Source: Babesia bigemina (lineage: Eukaryota). Taken from it: a stretch of DNA of 64,000 bases. This document shows, piece after piece, positions 21,855 through 34,061 of this stretch. The DNA is taken from assembly GCF_000981445.1 (NCBI RefSeq), contig NC_027217.1, forward strand, positions 1,612,001-1,676,000, read 5' to 3'. The stretch's first letter is position 1; the number at the start of each line of letters is the position of its first letter. The translations under genes and the position numbers were made by a program. Below the pieces are notes generated by a model. It had not been told where the DNA came from and did no database searches. It saw only the letters and a list, made by a program, of their open reading frames with translations.

Positions 21855-22138
21855 ACTTCCCAACTTAATCTTTTATTATACTTAGTCTCTCAAGGATACA
21901 TGACATCATGTGATACCAGCGATGGGAAAACTAGAGTTATCTGTATTGGGGCGTGATGCCTCCTCGTGCTCTCTGTACATCCGGCGCGCGCCGCGTATCC
22001 TAAAGCAGCTGCAAACTGCAATTCACGTGGTACAGCGGAGTGTATGCGTTAGACCGATGCAACAGCACTACGTGGCAACGCCAACAGCGTTATGTTGTAC
22101 ACTGCTCTACGAAAAATTTCGCATAAGCCAAAACTGGA
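21855..22138 (+). repeat. 284-bp dispersed repeat, copy 1 (inverted relative to 34980-35263)
   Basis: ACTTCCCAACTTAATC...GCATAAGCCAAAACTGGA is the reverse complement of 34980-35263. Only one difference was seen (GAAAAATTTC vs GAAAATTTTC). The ORF-track peptides 21910+ and 35208- are identical up to that point. Confidence 0.95.
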
Positions 22139-22272
22139 CAGATTGCAGTATAAAATACAAAAGATAAGGTTAGTAACGGCTATCATATGGTACAGTTGGA
22201 ATCATAGTGGGACGCATCTGGCTGTGAAGGACGATAATGCATTAAGACAATTTGATTACCCAATCAAAGCGT

Positions 22273-22275
<3 letters not shown>

Positions 22276-22304
<29 letters not shown>
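22276..22304. repeat. (TA)n microsatellite, about 14 units
   Basis: Perfect TA run read directly. Confidence 0.95.
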
Positions 22305-22307
<3 letters not shown>

Positions 22308-22414
22308 ATACTCCTCGTCGGTGCGAATTAAAGTGCTAATTGATGCTATGGCCTATCAGCACTCGTAATATACACGATATAGCCACAACGCCCAATACAG
22401 ACCACGGACGACCA

Positions 22415-25400
22415 TTATTTTTCATCACTAGACCATATGGGTGATCCCGCTTCTTCCTCTTCTGTAGGCGAGTCCGACGGCGTTGCAGGCAGCTCCTCTG
22501 TTTCATCATGTCTATGGCGTTTTTCCGAAATACGCGGGAGTTCAGCCTATATAGTTAGTTGAAACCAATTGGATGTTTACTACACTTACGTTTTGGAACA
22601 ATGGCAAACGACATGGGCCTTGGGCCTGAAGTAACCTGGGAGGGTAAAGTATATCCACGACCCCAAGATTTTGCAGTAACTGCACGGCAACGTTTTTGCG
22701 GTCCGCTTTTAGAGATTCCCCTTTAGAGTGAGCCGCAATGTCATCAAGTTCGGATAAGAAGAGTCGCGTGTTAAACTCCCAGAGTTTGCGTGCAAAATAG
22801 GTGAAATGATGAGGTCGGAGTGTCTGCACCACCTCTTTTCCTGCCTTCTTGTGCAGACAAATAGCATCCCAGAGACACTGCAAATAATAACGGCAGTGAT
22901 TCTTTTCGCGATCGTTGTATCTTTTGCAGATAATGTAGCAGCGCTGTGTCCACGGCGCTACTGAATCCGGGCGGTACAGGTGAACCTCGTCGAACACGGT
23001 ACGAAGCACCGTGACTAGACAAACACTGAATCTAGTAATAATGGTTCGCACCGACACCACAAGATCGCCATCTGGTGATAGGCAATAAAGTGCCTGCACA
23101 AGTTGTGCGACAATCACAGGCTTGGATTTGAACTCGTCCATGCATACTTCCCGATGATGCACTGATGAATTCGTGGTGTCGCAGAATACAAAATCGCACG
23201 AGTTACGAATGGGCGATTCTTGTAGTTGCGCAGTGAGACACCGGTGACCTTCACCACGTGTCAAACATTCATCGTATTTGAAGTCAATGCACTGGTTAAC
23301 AGTACCCTCACCGAGGAACGATTCGACAATAACTTGCAGCTCGTAAGAGGAATCGAATTGTATGTGTGACGATGCATCTCCATTCGCCTTGAAACCGTAT
23401 ATAATAGACCCGGGTATACCGTGACGTTTCAGAAGTGACACAGCTGGGAATTGCTGACCCGCATTGCATGTTATTTCCAGGTAAGCCTTGTAGCGGTTGA
23501 TGTCAAGGAAGCACTGCGATATCACCGCGAGGTCGACCATACCGCCGTTTGGGAGCATGTTGATGTCTGACAACGCCTCACCGACGGCTCCATCTACACA
23601 TAGGGCATCCATCGCAGTCACTATGGGTGCGCGAGCTCCACACAGTGTACGCATTCGCGAAACGTCGTATAGCAGATCGTTGCACACAAAATGGCTCATA
23701 CGTACCTCGTGTGCCTGAAGTGGGGCCGCGACAAACCACGAATCCTTCAAGTAGCGCTGGTTAAGCATGTCCGCTCTAAGCTCGGAGAGCAGACGCTCGT
23801 CCAGGTCTAGCATAAGCGTGCCGTCATTGAGCTGTGGATATGGTGGCTTAAATTCGTTGGCAAACCGCAATGCGTCAGCGATATCGCGCCCGAATTCCGC
23901 AGACGTCGCTTCTTCGCCAAGAGTTATGAAATGCGATGGGTCTTCCTTCTGCGCGTACTGTCGGTGCAGTTCCACACGACGCGCTTGGAGATCTTTGTAG
24001 CACTTGACGTAATTTCGCCTGGTGTCAAGGTCAGGTAGAATACGCTTCGGCACATGCAGGAGGGAACTGGTGTCTTTGCCAGTGATGGTATTTTCACTAA
24101 AGGAAATGTACTTTACGAGACGGCAGTCGGAAGGTATAGCCGATATCTTGAACTGTGAGATAAAAAGCCGCGCAAACTCGCGCTTTCGCTTGTAAAATGC
24201 ATTTTCATCCGTTACCTGGAGGAATTGGGCCATTGCGCTTCGCAGGCTGCGGCATTGCAATTGCGCGAACATGGTGGCGCATTCTACGAACTCAGTTCGG
24301 AAAGAGCTTGGTACCCATTCTCGCGGCAATATTGCACGCCGGTGATGATTGGCCGCATATTCGCTGACGATTTTGCAGAGGGCGCACAGCAGCACTGAAG
24401 TGATTCCGTTGAAGTGCATACATACCACGTACACCTCGGAGCTGTTTGCTTTTGACATGTGTGGTTTATACACTTCCACGGTTTTGAAACACATGTTCAG
24501 TAGCGCCATAATAGAGAGAGAGCTTTCTTCGAAAAGGGTAAACATCTTCAGCACAAATATTGCGCCCACGCGCATCAAACCTAACGCACAGACTACCTCT
24601 GCGAGCTTCAGCGGAGCTGTGAGCGCCTCCTGGTTGTTAGGATCGGCCTGGCAGTCAAATGACCCATCAGCCGTCACTATGTCTACTAACACGGGACTGC
24701 GACCCTTGTTGAATCTGCTGGGTCGGCTTATACGGTCCCAGATGTATTCGATGTTCAGTGTTCGGGTAACGTTCCCGGAGTCATCTGCGCCGTTGAGCCA
24801 ATTGCGAGCAGTTTCGCGGAATAGAATGTCTTCCGCGAGGCATTTGCCGTGGCTGTTTCCCTCATGGTACGGATTCAGCGAAATTGCCTGCCACGCCAGT
24901 TCGGCCAGGCTGTTGCGCTGCTTAATCGCATGGTTCAGCGCTGCGATGAACCCACCCGGGCACTCGGAGATGTGAAACGACCGTACGACACCGCCTTCCG
25001 TGTCAAGATCGGGTTTTACGGCATCCAACACCTTGTAGGTTTGGAGGATATCATATAGCTTCAGCCACGCATTCGTAACGAGCTCTACACCAGGCTCGCG
25101 GCGTCCATTCACCACAGTCGTGATCTCCGAAACCTGCTTGGCAACCAGTGACGTCTGATCGAGCAGCCGCGTGTGCACGGACCACTTTTCAATGTCGACG
25201 CCATTGAGTGAGTCGCGGAGTTCCGAGAGCATAGTCCGAGTTTCCGCCAACTCAGCTATTTCGTACGCCGGCGCACGTCCGACAGCCGAAGTCACCGTCT
25301 CACATATACAGACACGCTTTCTCTGCACGCATTTCTGACAGGGGGTTGCGCTGGGAGGAACGCGTTTGGCGTCGGCTAGCAGGCGGTTTAGGCTGCCTTG

Positions 25401-25460
25401 GAAAACGAAGCGCTTTTCATTGTGCAGCGCCGGCGTCTTCTCAGTCGCCGCGGTTGCCAT
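22415..25460 (-). CDS. CMTR2: Cap-specific mRNA 2'-O-methyltransferase, CMTR2-like (two FtsJ/RrmJ-type domains)
   Basis: Motifs ELVTNAWLKLYDIL, SFHISECPGGFIAALNH, WQAISLNPYHEGN, VTADGSFDCQADPNNQE, FVLKMFTLFE and KPHMSKANSSEVYVVC match CMTR2. A second degenerate domain (CDFVFCD..QALYCLSPDGDLVV) follows. ATG at 25460; a 43-nt intron at 22547-22589 leads to a last exon ending ...SPIWSSDEK* at 22415. Confidence 0.85.
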
Positions 25461-26213
25461 AGCTGCCGTCCACCGCCTTCTGGCAGTCAGTGACCCAGTT
25501 ATAGCCTTAGTTACACAGTGCACATACCCGTGGGGGTGTGTCCGTTATACTAAATTAAACGGGTAGACAGCACATTATGCGGGGCTATTGAAGGCGTAGC
25601 ATGCTTATTTATTAAATTAAGTTGCGTGTGTGGCAAGATGTGCCTCTAGCAGCTGCACATCAGCGCTCACGTCGTACTATTGTCGCCTCCGAGATTCCTC
25701 GTCTGGTGGCCACAAATTTCGCACACTGTGCTTCATAAAATACCCATTTCATCTATAAGTGTTTCACTAGGATCGGATAAGTTGCTGGTGGATGCGCCAA
25801 ATTCCGAAGCTTCTCACGTTCCACTTCTATACATGTGACCGTTGACCACCGCAACATCCACAGTTGGCTCAGTCGTTCGTTAATCACTTCCATGTGGTAT
25901 ACGATGGGTCTTCTGTGTACTATTATATGGACTTATTGATAGAAAGCTGTTTAACGTTTCTACAGCAGGGCTTCTGGTGACAAACGGATTGGTAAATAGG
26001 TATATTGAAAGTTGGTTGTTTTTCCAATTTCAAGATCGTCGATCATGTATAACTATTTAGATTTTCAGTAGTCACAAAATTTGAAGTTTGTCACTAACTC
26101 TATGGGAACTATCGGTCGTCATTTTGGAGATATCTCTGGACGTTGGGCTGTGACCAAGTAGCGCTTAGTGGATCTCCTCGTATGTTTGGGCGGGATTGAG
26201 GTATCCCCAGAAG

Positions 26214-29012
26214 ATGTCGAGCGTTGACATTACAATACTTGGCGCCGGCCAGGATGTCGGGCGGTCGTGCATTGTCGTGACGTTCCCGTCGCGACGTGTT
26301 CTGTTCGACTGCGGTGCGCACTGTGGTTTCGTCGATCACAGGCGCTATCCGGATCTGCAGCTGCTCGGAGATCCCAATGAATACAACGCTTTGTACAACG
26401 AGCAGATGAACGCGGAATTTGATTCAAGTGCTTCAGATGGCGATAGCAATTCCGACACTGCCACCGGTGACGGTGGTGCAACCACGTCAAACACAGCCGA
26501 TTCAAGAGGACAGTTGGGCGCAAAAACCAGCGCCAGTAACGTCAAGGACAGTAAGTGAGCCAATCGGGAAACTCAATTGACGATGTAGAAACGGTGCGCA
26601 TAGCGACCTGCATGAAGAACGCTCTTCAGAAAACGCTCATCAACGTAACTGAGCACATCGACATATGCATCATATCGCACTTCCACCTCGACCATGTAGG
26701 AGCACTACCGTTTCTGACGGAACACTTGGGGTAGGTCCAATCCAGTGCCGCCACATTTCATGCAGCTACAACGGCCCGGTCTACATGACGTACCCCACTC
26801 GGGGTCTTGCGCCGATCCTGCTCCGCGACAGTGCTCAAGTCGTCGCTAGCAAGTTCCGCAACACAGTGGACACTGAAGGGGTATCGCATGGGCTAAACGT
26901 GTTGCTGAATCGCACTAAAAAGAGGAAGTCACTCACCGTTGGCCAACTGGGAAAGGTGGATCCATGGGGTTACACAGTCGATTGCGTCGCCCAGAGCCTC
27001 GGTCGAGCACAGGTCATGCAGTTGCGCGCCACGCAAGAAATAGGCAACGTGAGCATTACGCCGTACTATGCTGGACACGTATTAGGAGCAGCTATGTTTC
27101 ACGTCGAATGCGACGGGATATCAGTAGTCTACACGGGCGATTTCAACACCTCCCCCGACAAGCATCTGGGACCAGCCTATATCCCGCAGCTGAAACCCGA
27201 CGTGCTTATATGCGAGTCCACGTACGCGTCGGTCGTACGTCAACCTCGTCGTGCCACGGAGATGGAGCTTTGTACCGTTGTGCATGACTGCCTAATCGGA
27301 GGGGTACGTTCATGCGGCAGTTATTTATGATGTGTTGCAGGGTAAGGTGCTCATCCCTGTCTTCGCTGTGGGCCGCGCGCAGGAACTGGCCATTATTCTC
27401 GACAACTACTGGACCAAACTGCAGCTCACCTTCCCGATATATTTCGGCGGGGGACTTTCGGAGCGTGCAACAAGCTACTATAAGCTGCACTCTGCGTGGA
27501 CTGATTCGCAAAACATCCCGAACCTTTCTGAGAACCCATTTGCAATGAAGCACATGCTGCCGTTTGACAACAGCTTCCTTAATGACGATCGCCCCATGGT
27601 CTTGTTTGCCACCCCAGGAATGGTCCACTCCGGCCTATCGTTGAAGGTCTGCAAGCTATGGGGGCCAAACCCCAAGAACCTGATTGTTATTCCCGGCTAT
27701 GCGGCACAGGGCACAGTTGGAAACAAACTAATTTCAGGTAACAGTTCCTTTTCACGTTCACAATTTCCCCAGGAGAGAAGCTGATCCATAGCACCATCGG
27801 CACCATTGAAATTAAATGCAAAGTGCGATACCTGTCGTTCTCAGCTCATGCGGACAGCGTGGGAATAATGCGCCTCATCAAACAGGTACGAACCACTGCC
27901 AATAATCGCCTGACCTTTTGTAGGTCCAACCCAAGCACCTCGTCTTGGTGCATGGCGAGTACGATGGTATGAAGAAGTTCGCCAAACACATCGCACTAGA
28001 TTTCGGGATTCCTGTGTTCCATCCTGCGAATGGTCAAACCATAACCATCAAGCAGGCGAAAGGAGGCGCCAAAATGCCAATCTTTTATTATCCTCAACTC
28101 CTTCTGGAGGCATCGGGAATAGTATTGACCGCGAAGGACGAAATCGGCCACTCAAAACATCCTGCTAATGCAATCGGCTCGAAACCAACAAGTGAGCTGA
28201 ATGATTCACGTGGTGCGAAGGATTATGACTATTTCGCTGCTAGTGATTCGGATTCTTCTATTGATTTCTGCATTAAAAAGCTCGAGGAACCAGCCGATCA
28301 CGTTTCAGCGATTATGTTCCGCTTAGAAGATGGAATAAAATCGCTCTCTTTACACAGCAATAATGCAGACGCCGCCGGAGAAGACAAACCCACGGACGCA
28401 GTGAAGGAAGAGGCGTCTGGCGAGACGCCTGGTTCACCCAAAACTTCGCCGAAGCTCGAACAACTCAAGGAAACCAAAGGCCGAGAACAATTGTTGATGG
28501 TGTCGCGTAACCATATGGCTAAGATGTTTAGGGATGGGGTGACACATCTGTCTATGATGCCGGAGTTGCGGTGTCACCGGGTCAAGTATCGCCAAAGTTT
28601 TAAGTGCCGCGAGCGAGACTTTGTGGAAGCGACTGAATACGTTGCTAGAGTCCTGAACGGGGACAAAGGCTACTTCGTCGAGGAACTTCCGATATACGCT
28701 AAAACCATGGAATCTGGAGGTGAGAGAGTGCACAACATTGCCTGTCTTTTGTTCATATTACATGAAGTGCGTTTTAAAACCCACGCTGCATTGATGCACG
28801 TAAATTGAGATGCGGTTGCGCTGCAGCATTGATAGTAGGTCCGTCATATAGTTGCAGTCAAAGTGTTGAGGGTGGGAGGTCTGGAGGCGAGGCACAATCC
28901 CGAGGATGATATGGCTACCATGGAGTGGTACTATCACGAAATGCAGCCGAATTCTATAGTTTACACGATGGTACACTTTTTAGAAAAAGTTGCCAAGGAA
29001 CAGATGGAATAA
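26214..29012 (+). CDS. INTS11: Metallo-beta-lactamase/beta-CASP endonuclease, INTS11 (CPSF3L / CPSF73-II)-like, multi-exon
   Basis: Motifs LGAGQDVGRSC, SHFHLDH, YNGPVYMT, YYAGHVLGAAMF, YTGDFN, ESTYA, GKVLIPVFAVGRAQEL, FATPGM, PGY..QGTVG, YLSFSAHAD and LVHGE. The last intron (28720-28857) is phase-consistent, and the final exon ends at TAA 29010-29012. Confidence 0.85.
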
Positions 29013-30314
29013 CTTGCACAGCAGTTATAGCGCGTAATGCCTCTTCGTCCGTAACGTGGTTGCTTGGTAATTTTGGGGTGTACGCGACGCTTCCAGACAA
29101 GCGTAATCGCAAGCATGTGTGAGCATTGCCGTTGTACGAAATGCATTGGTCATGCGCCGCTGAGCATGTGGCCGAAATCTTCGTTGAATGGGCATTCAAT
29201 TACGGAAATGTCTACGTGACAAAAGGTACATGCCCAACATTCAGACGACATTAGACGTTATTGTACAACAAAAACTGAGGCCTAACCAGTTTCTTGACGC
29301 CAATAATACATTTAACAATCAAATTATCGATTCTATCAGTATGCGTCATTCGCTTGTGTGCTCCGTAGATACGTTTGGAGTGTAAGGATAAGCACATTCA
29401 GATGGCTTACTCGTCACGCCAGCGGTGTGAGCTGCGGGGTCTACGTCGTGCTGTTGCCGAACGTAATGTGTGTAATCCATGATGGCATGCACCCTGTCTG
29501 GGAGCGAGTGTCATTAACATCGTTTCAGTTGTCTATGAGCTGCGTGTTAATTACTACTATTTGTAGTGTGTTCTACATCACTACGCGTTATATTTGAGCT
29601 TCCATGCGGTCCCATTTGATCAGGTCTCTCCGATGCTCGTTATGCGCTTTGGTTACTTTTCGTTCCCACGCCACAGCGTAGGAGATTACTTTGATACCTC
29701 TCTGTATAAATAAGAAATGATGAGTTAAAATATCTACAAATGAATGCGCGGCTAGAAATGACTAGACTCATTGCAGTGAGCGGAGCACCAGCATAATCAC
29801 ACCGTTCACCGCCTCCTAGCGTATAAGCGCTGCATACTATTTTGACTCTGTGGCGGCGTTGAAGTAATTGTGGATTAGCATCAATCGGCACCACTTTGGC
29901 GGTGGTTCGACCTTGTGAATACAGTCGTGCGTTTTCTGAACCACTTAAGCCCAGTGAGTGCTGCCGCATTAAAACTTCAGTTAAAATGTGACGCATAATG
30001 TTGCAACGCAGAGCAATCGCTGAGTTAACGCTATTGAGACACGCGGGATGCCCTCCGCCCACCCGCGCGTTTTCAAAAATGATGACAAAGACAGCGCTAA
30101 CTGAATTCACAATTAAAATTACGTGTGAATTATTACGTAAGCCGCGCATATCGCCATTTCACCCGTTCCGTTTTATGGGCAAGTGCATATGCGCGTGCTG
30201 CCTGTCAGCGAGGGAAGATCAGCACCCGACATACCTGCCTGGACATGCGTCGGCTAGGAAATCGCGCTAACCTCAATTCACTTTTTCTTTAATTTGTAAT
30301 TTTTTTTAGGGAAA

Positions 30315-33300
30315 ATGAGGTGGTGCATCTCTGTGGTTCTGCTGCTTTTCAGCACTATCAATGTTTATGCGCAGACATCGTCGCCACTTGTCCCACCACC
30401 TATTCCACTAACGCCGACAGAGAAGGAGAAACTTAATCGTTTGCGTCGATCAGGCGATGGATACTCTAAAAAACGGGTTGAGGTGAACGTAACCAGCAAT
30501 GATGTTACGAATGTTGTGGACGCAGACAAGGTTCACGTTCCTGGGGTAACAACGGAGGAGGCCTCTAATTTCGAAGGCCCACGTGATATTGTACAACCTA
30601 CAAGCACTACCGTCAACGATGATATCAGTATACCTGAAATCGTGGATCCATATTCGCCGTCTGCTGGAAACGAATGGGACTTTCTGGGTTCCAGCCTCGT
30701 AGACGGCAGTAAATCGACAAAACCGGCTGGGTCGAAAGTGCTCTTCGATCATGATACTAGTGTTTGGAGCCAGAAGGATGATGAGGCTGCAGGTTCTAAA
30801 ACTGATAACGAGGAAGTGTTTCGTTACAGAGATGTGCGCGATGTTGACAATCGTATACTATTAAAGAGCTTAATAAACGACATAGAGGGCAACTATCAAT
30901 GGGAGCCCAAGTCTGCAGCTTCGTTGCAAGCTCAAAAGAAATGGGACTTTGTCTTTAACAGCCTGCTACACGATGATGAGAACGTAGCCCCCCCAAAGTC
31001 ATCGGAAATCGACATTGCTCGACTCATCGATAATGCGGAGAGTCGAAATCCACCACCGTTCGTTAAAAAGTCGCAACCGAAATTCAAACGTTTCATCTTC
31101 AAGCCATATGTCCCAAAGCTGGAGCTGGGGGATGGAGCCCCGAAGACTGCTAAACAGAGATGGAAATTACTTGCCTCCAACCTGCGAGACGTCATTGACA
31201 AAGGCAATAAACCAGTGGAAGTTTCAACCGACATCAGTGAGGCCGATATGAACAAAGATGACAATAACACACCTGCACCGTCTTCCGAAGAGAAAGTGGC
31301 CATAGTTGCTCCTGGGGTTAGCGAGACTGAGGTACCAACAAGCACTACCGACGAGATCGAGAACAATGTACCTGAGACTGTAGACGAAATCCCTGCTGCT
31401 GAGGAGGAGATCGAAATCGAGGAGGAGGAAGTCCCTGAGATAGAGGAGACTGAGGAGCCAATGATCACTCCTATCGAGGAGGTTGAGGAAGTCGTCCCTG
31501 AGGTCATCGAGGAGACCCCTGCTGCTGAGGAGGAGATCGAAATCGAGGAGGAGGAAGTCCCTGAGATTGAGGAGACTGAGGAGCCAATGATCACTCCTAT
31601 CGAGGAGGTTGAGGAAGTCGTCCCTGAGATCATCGAGGAGACCCCCGCTGCTGAGGAGGAGATCGAAATCGAGGAGGAGGAAGTCCCTGAGATTGAGGAG
31701 ACTGAGGAGCCAATGATCACTCCTATCGAGGAGGTTGAGGAAGTCGTCCCTGAGATCATCGAGGAGACCCCCGCTGCTGAGGAGGAGATCGAAATCGAGG
31801 AGGAGGAAGTCCCTGAGATTGAGGAGACTGAGGAGCCAATGATCACTCCTATCGAGGAGGTTGAGGAAGTCGTCCCTGAGGTCATCGAGGAGACCCCCGC
31901 TGCTGAGGAGGAGATCGAAATCGAGGAGGAGGAAGTCCCTGAGATAGAGGAGACTGAGGAGCCAATGATCACTCCTATCGAGGAGGTTGAGGAAGTCGTC
32001 CCTGAGATCATCGAGGAGACCCCCGCTGCTGAGGAGGAGATCGAAATCGAGGAGGAGGAAGTCCCTGAGATTGAGGAGACTGAGGAGCCAATGATCACTC
32101 CTATCGAGGAGGTTGAGGAAGTCGTCCCTGAGATCATCGAGGAGACCCCCGCTGCTGAGGAGGAGATCGAAATCGAGGAGGAGGAAGTCCCTGAGATTGA
32201 GGAGACTGAGGAGCCAATGATCACTCCTATCGAGGAGGTTGAGGAAGTCGTCCCTGAGATCATCGAGGAGACCCCCGCTGCTGAGGAGGAGATCGAAATC
32301 GAGGAGGAGGAAGTCCCTGAGATTGAGGAGACTGAGGAGCCAATGATCACTCCTATCGAGGAGGTTGAGGAAGTCGTCCCTGAGGTCATCGAGGAGACCC
32401 CCGCTGCTGAGGAGGAGATCGAAATCGAGGAGGAGGAAGTCCCTGAGATTGAGGAGACTGAGGAGCCAATGATCACTCCTATCGAGGAGGTTGAGGAAGT
32501 CGTCCCTGAGATCATCGAGGAGACCCCTGCTGCTGAGGAGGAGATCGAAATCGAGGAGGAGGAAGTCCCTGAGATTGAGGAGACTGAGGAGCCAATGATC
32601 ACTCCTATCGAGGAGGTTGAGGAAGTCGTCCCTGAGGTCATCGAGGAGACCCCTGCTGCTGAGGAGGAGATCGAAATCGAGGAGGAGGAAGTCCCTGAGA
32701 TTGAGGAGACTGAGGAGCCAATGATCACTCCTATCGAGGAGGTTGAGGAAGTCGTCCCTGAGGTCATCGAGGAGACCCCTGCTGCTGAGGAGGAGATCGA
32801 AATCGAGGAGGAGGAAGTCCCTGAGATTGAGGAGACTGAGGAGCCAATGATCACTCCTATCGAGGAGGTTGAGGAAGTCGTCCCTGAGGTCATCGAGGAG
32901 ACCCCTGCTGCTGAGGAGGAGATCGAAATCGAGGAGGAGGAAGTCCCTGAGATTGAGGAGACTGAGGAGCCAATGATCACTCCTATCGAGGAGGTTGAGG
33001 AAGTCGTCCCTGAGATCATCGAGGAGACCCCTGCTGCTGAGGAGGAGATCGAAATCGAGGAGGAGGAAGTCCCTGAGATAGATGAGACTGAGGAGCCGTC
33101 TTGCACCGTCGAGGAGGTTGAGGAAGTCGTCCCTGAGGTCATCGAGGAGACCCCCGCCGCTGAGGAGGATGTTAAGATTCCTGAGGTTGATTTGCCGACG
33201 AGATTTACGTCTGAGGAAGAACGCAAGAGAGCTTCAGATAGGAGGAAAGCTTTTAGAGGTGCAGGCACGAAGCACTTGGACTACCAATTCATTCCCGTTG

Positions 33301-34061
33301 TGAAATATGGAGCTACGGACAACGCATCAACTTCGTCTAAGGATAGAGTGAAGATCCGCGTTTTGAATGTCCCGCATCGTGGAAGCAGAAGGCCACTAAG
33401 GGGAAAGCCAGCCGACGATGTGAATATGTTGGCTGATGAATCTAGCACTACTCCGATCTCTCCGGTAGTGGAAGAACCGATTTGTGCTTACCGTATCAAA
33501 CGACGTGATGACGAGGAATCTAGCATTGCTGATGAGTCTGTATCCGATCTGTATGGTAAAAAGGCTTCGAAGGTGAAGGACAAAGATTCTTCCGTCGCTG
33601 ATGCGATAGTCGAAGGCAACAGCGAAAATGTTGATTTCGATCTTGAGAAATTACTTGCAGATGAGCGCCGTGATAGCTTCGATCTTGCCGATGGATTAGC
33701 TTCTGATAACGGCTCAGGGTCATCTGATGTCAACGGTGGTGCAGCAGGTGCAAATAACGACTCACGAGCGTCTGCTGTCGATAGTGGAATATTTGGTGGA
33801 GCTAACTTGCCGGGGTCTGCTGTTGACTGTGGAGCAGTAAATGGCGTTAGTTCGGAGGGCTCCAAAACTGATAAGAACTATAACTTCGATCTCGATGAAG
33901 CGCTACCCTCTGACGTTGACTTCACAGGAGACTCTGATGCTGAAGAAGAGAAAAAAGAGACTGAGGTTGAATCTAAAGATACTGTGAAACCTGAACCCAA
34001 AAAAACAGGCGGTGTACGGCAATTTTTCACCAATCTCTTCTGCTGTGGTTCCGGCAAATAA
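30315..34061 (+). CDS. Secreted glutamate-rich repetitive antigen-like protein (1248 aa)
   Basis: Signal peptide MRWCISVVLLLFSTINVYA, a central array of 42-aa repeats and a C-terminal FFTNLFCCGSGK*. A pyrimidine-rich acceptor-like tract just 5' of the ATG suggests a 5'-UTR intron. Confidence 0.9.
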   Translation: MRWCISVVLLLFSTINVYAQTSSPLVPPPIPLTPTEKEKLNRLRRSGDGYSKKRVEVNVTSNDVTNVVDADKVHVPGVTTEEASNFEGPRDIVQPTSTTVNDDISIPEIVDPYSPSAGNEWDFLGSSLVDGSKSTKPAGSKVLFDHDTSVWSQKDDEAAGSKTDNEEVFRYRDVRDVDNRILLKSLINDIEGNYQWEPKSAASLQAQKKWDFVFNSLLHDDENVAPPKSSEIDIARLIDNAESRNPPPFVKKSQPKFKRFIFKPYVPKLELGDGAPKTAKQRWKLLASNLRDVIDKGNKPVEVSTDISEADMNKDDNNTPAPSSEEKVAIVAPGVSETEVPTSTTDEIENNVPETVDEIPAAEEEIEIEEEEVPEIEETEEPMITPIEEVEEVVPEVIEETPAAEEEIEIEEEEVPEIEETEEPMITPIEEVEEVVPEIIEETPAAEEEIEIEEEEVPEIEETEEPMITPIEEVEEVVPEIIEETPAAEEEIEIEEEEVPEIEETEEPMITPIEEVEEVVPEVIEETPAAEEEIEIEEEEVPEIEETEEPMITPIEEVEEVVPEIIEETPAAEEEIEIEEEEVPEIEETEEPMITPIEEVEEVVPEIIEETPAAEEEIEIEEEEVPEIEETEEPMITPIEEVEEVVPEIIEETPAAEEEIEIEEEEVPEIEETEEPMITPIEEVEEVVPEVIEETPAAEEEIEIEEEEVPEIEETEEPMITPIEEVEEVVPEIIEETPAAEEEIEIEEEEVPEIEETEEPMITPIEEVEEVVPEVIEETPAAEEEIEIEEEEVPEIEETEEPMITPIEEVEEVVPEVIEETPAAEEEIEIEEEEVPEIEETEEPMITPIEEVEEVVPEVIEETPAAEEEIEIEEEEVPEIEETEEPMITPIEEVEEVVPEIIEETPAAEEEIEIEEEEVPEIDETEEPSCTVEEVEEVVPEVIEETPAAEEDVKIPEVDLPTRFTSEEERKRASDRRKAFRGAGTKHLDYQFIPVVKYGATDNASTSSKDRVKIRVLNVPHRGSRRPLRGKPADDVNMLADESSTTPISPVVEEPICAYRIKRRDDEESSIADESVSDLYGKKASKVKDKDSSVADAIVEGNSENVDFDLEKLLADERRDSFDLADGLASDNGSGSSDVNGGAAGANNDSRASAVDSGIFGGANLPGSAVDCGAVNGVSSEGSKTDKNYNFDLDEALPSDVDFTGDSDAEEEKKETEVESKDTVKPEPKKTGGVRQFFTNLFCCGSGK
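31392..33170 (+). repeat. Coding minisatellite: about 14 tandem copies of a 126-bp unit (PAAEEEIEIEEEEVPEIEETEEPMITPIEEVEEVVPE[V/I]IEET)
   Basis: Read directly. Units differ at only a few positions (GTC/ATC, CCC/CCT, ATT/ATA); the last unit is diverged (EEPSCTVEE). Confidence 0.95.

Noticed and set aside
21910..22167. 85-aa ORF inside the 284-bp repeat (and its twin at 34924-35208)
   Set aside because: GTG start, it runs out of the repeat into different flanks and has no recognisable domain; it only reflects the DNA duplication.
25860..25935. TGGCTCAGTCG tRNA A-box-like motif
   Set aside because: No B box or cloverleaf downstream; no tRNA recognised anywhere in the window.
31392..33170. Regular array as a possible CRISPR
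   Set aside because: Contiguous in-frame units with no unique spacers, in a eukaryotic context with no cas genes.
30932..33268. 778-aa Ser-rich antisense ORF
   Set aside because: Mirror of the GAG-rich tandem array on the + strand.
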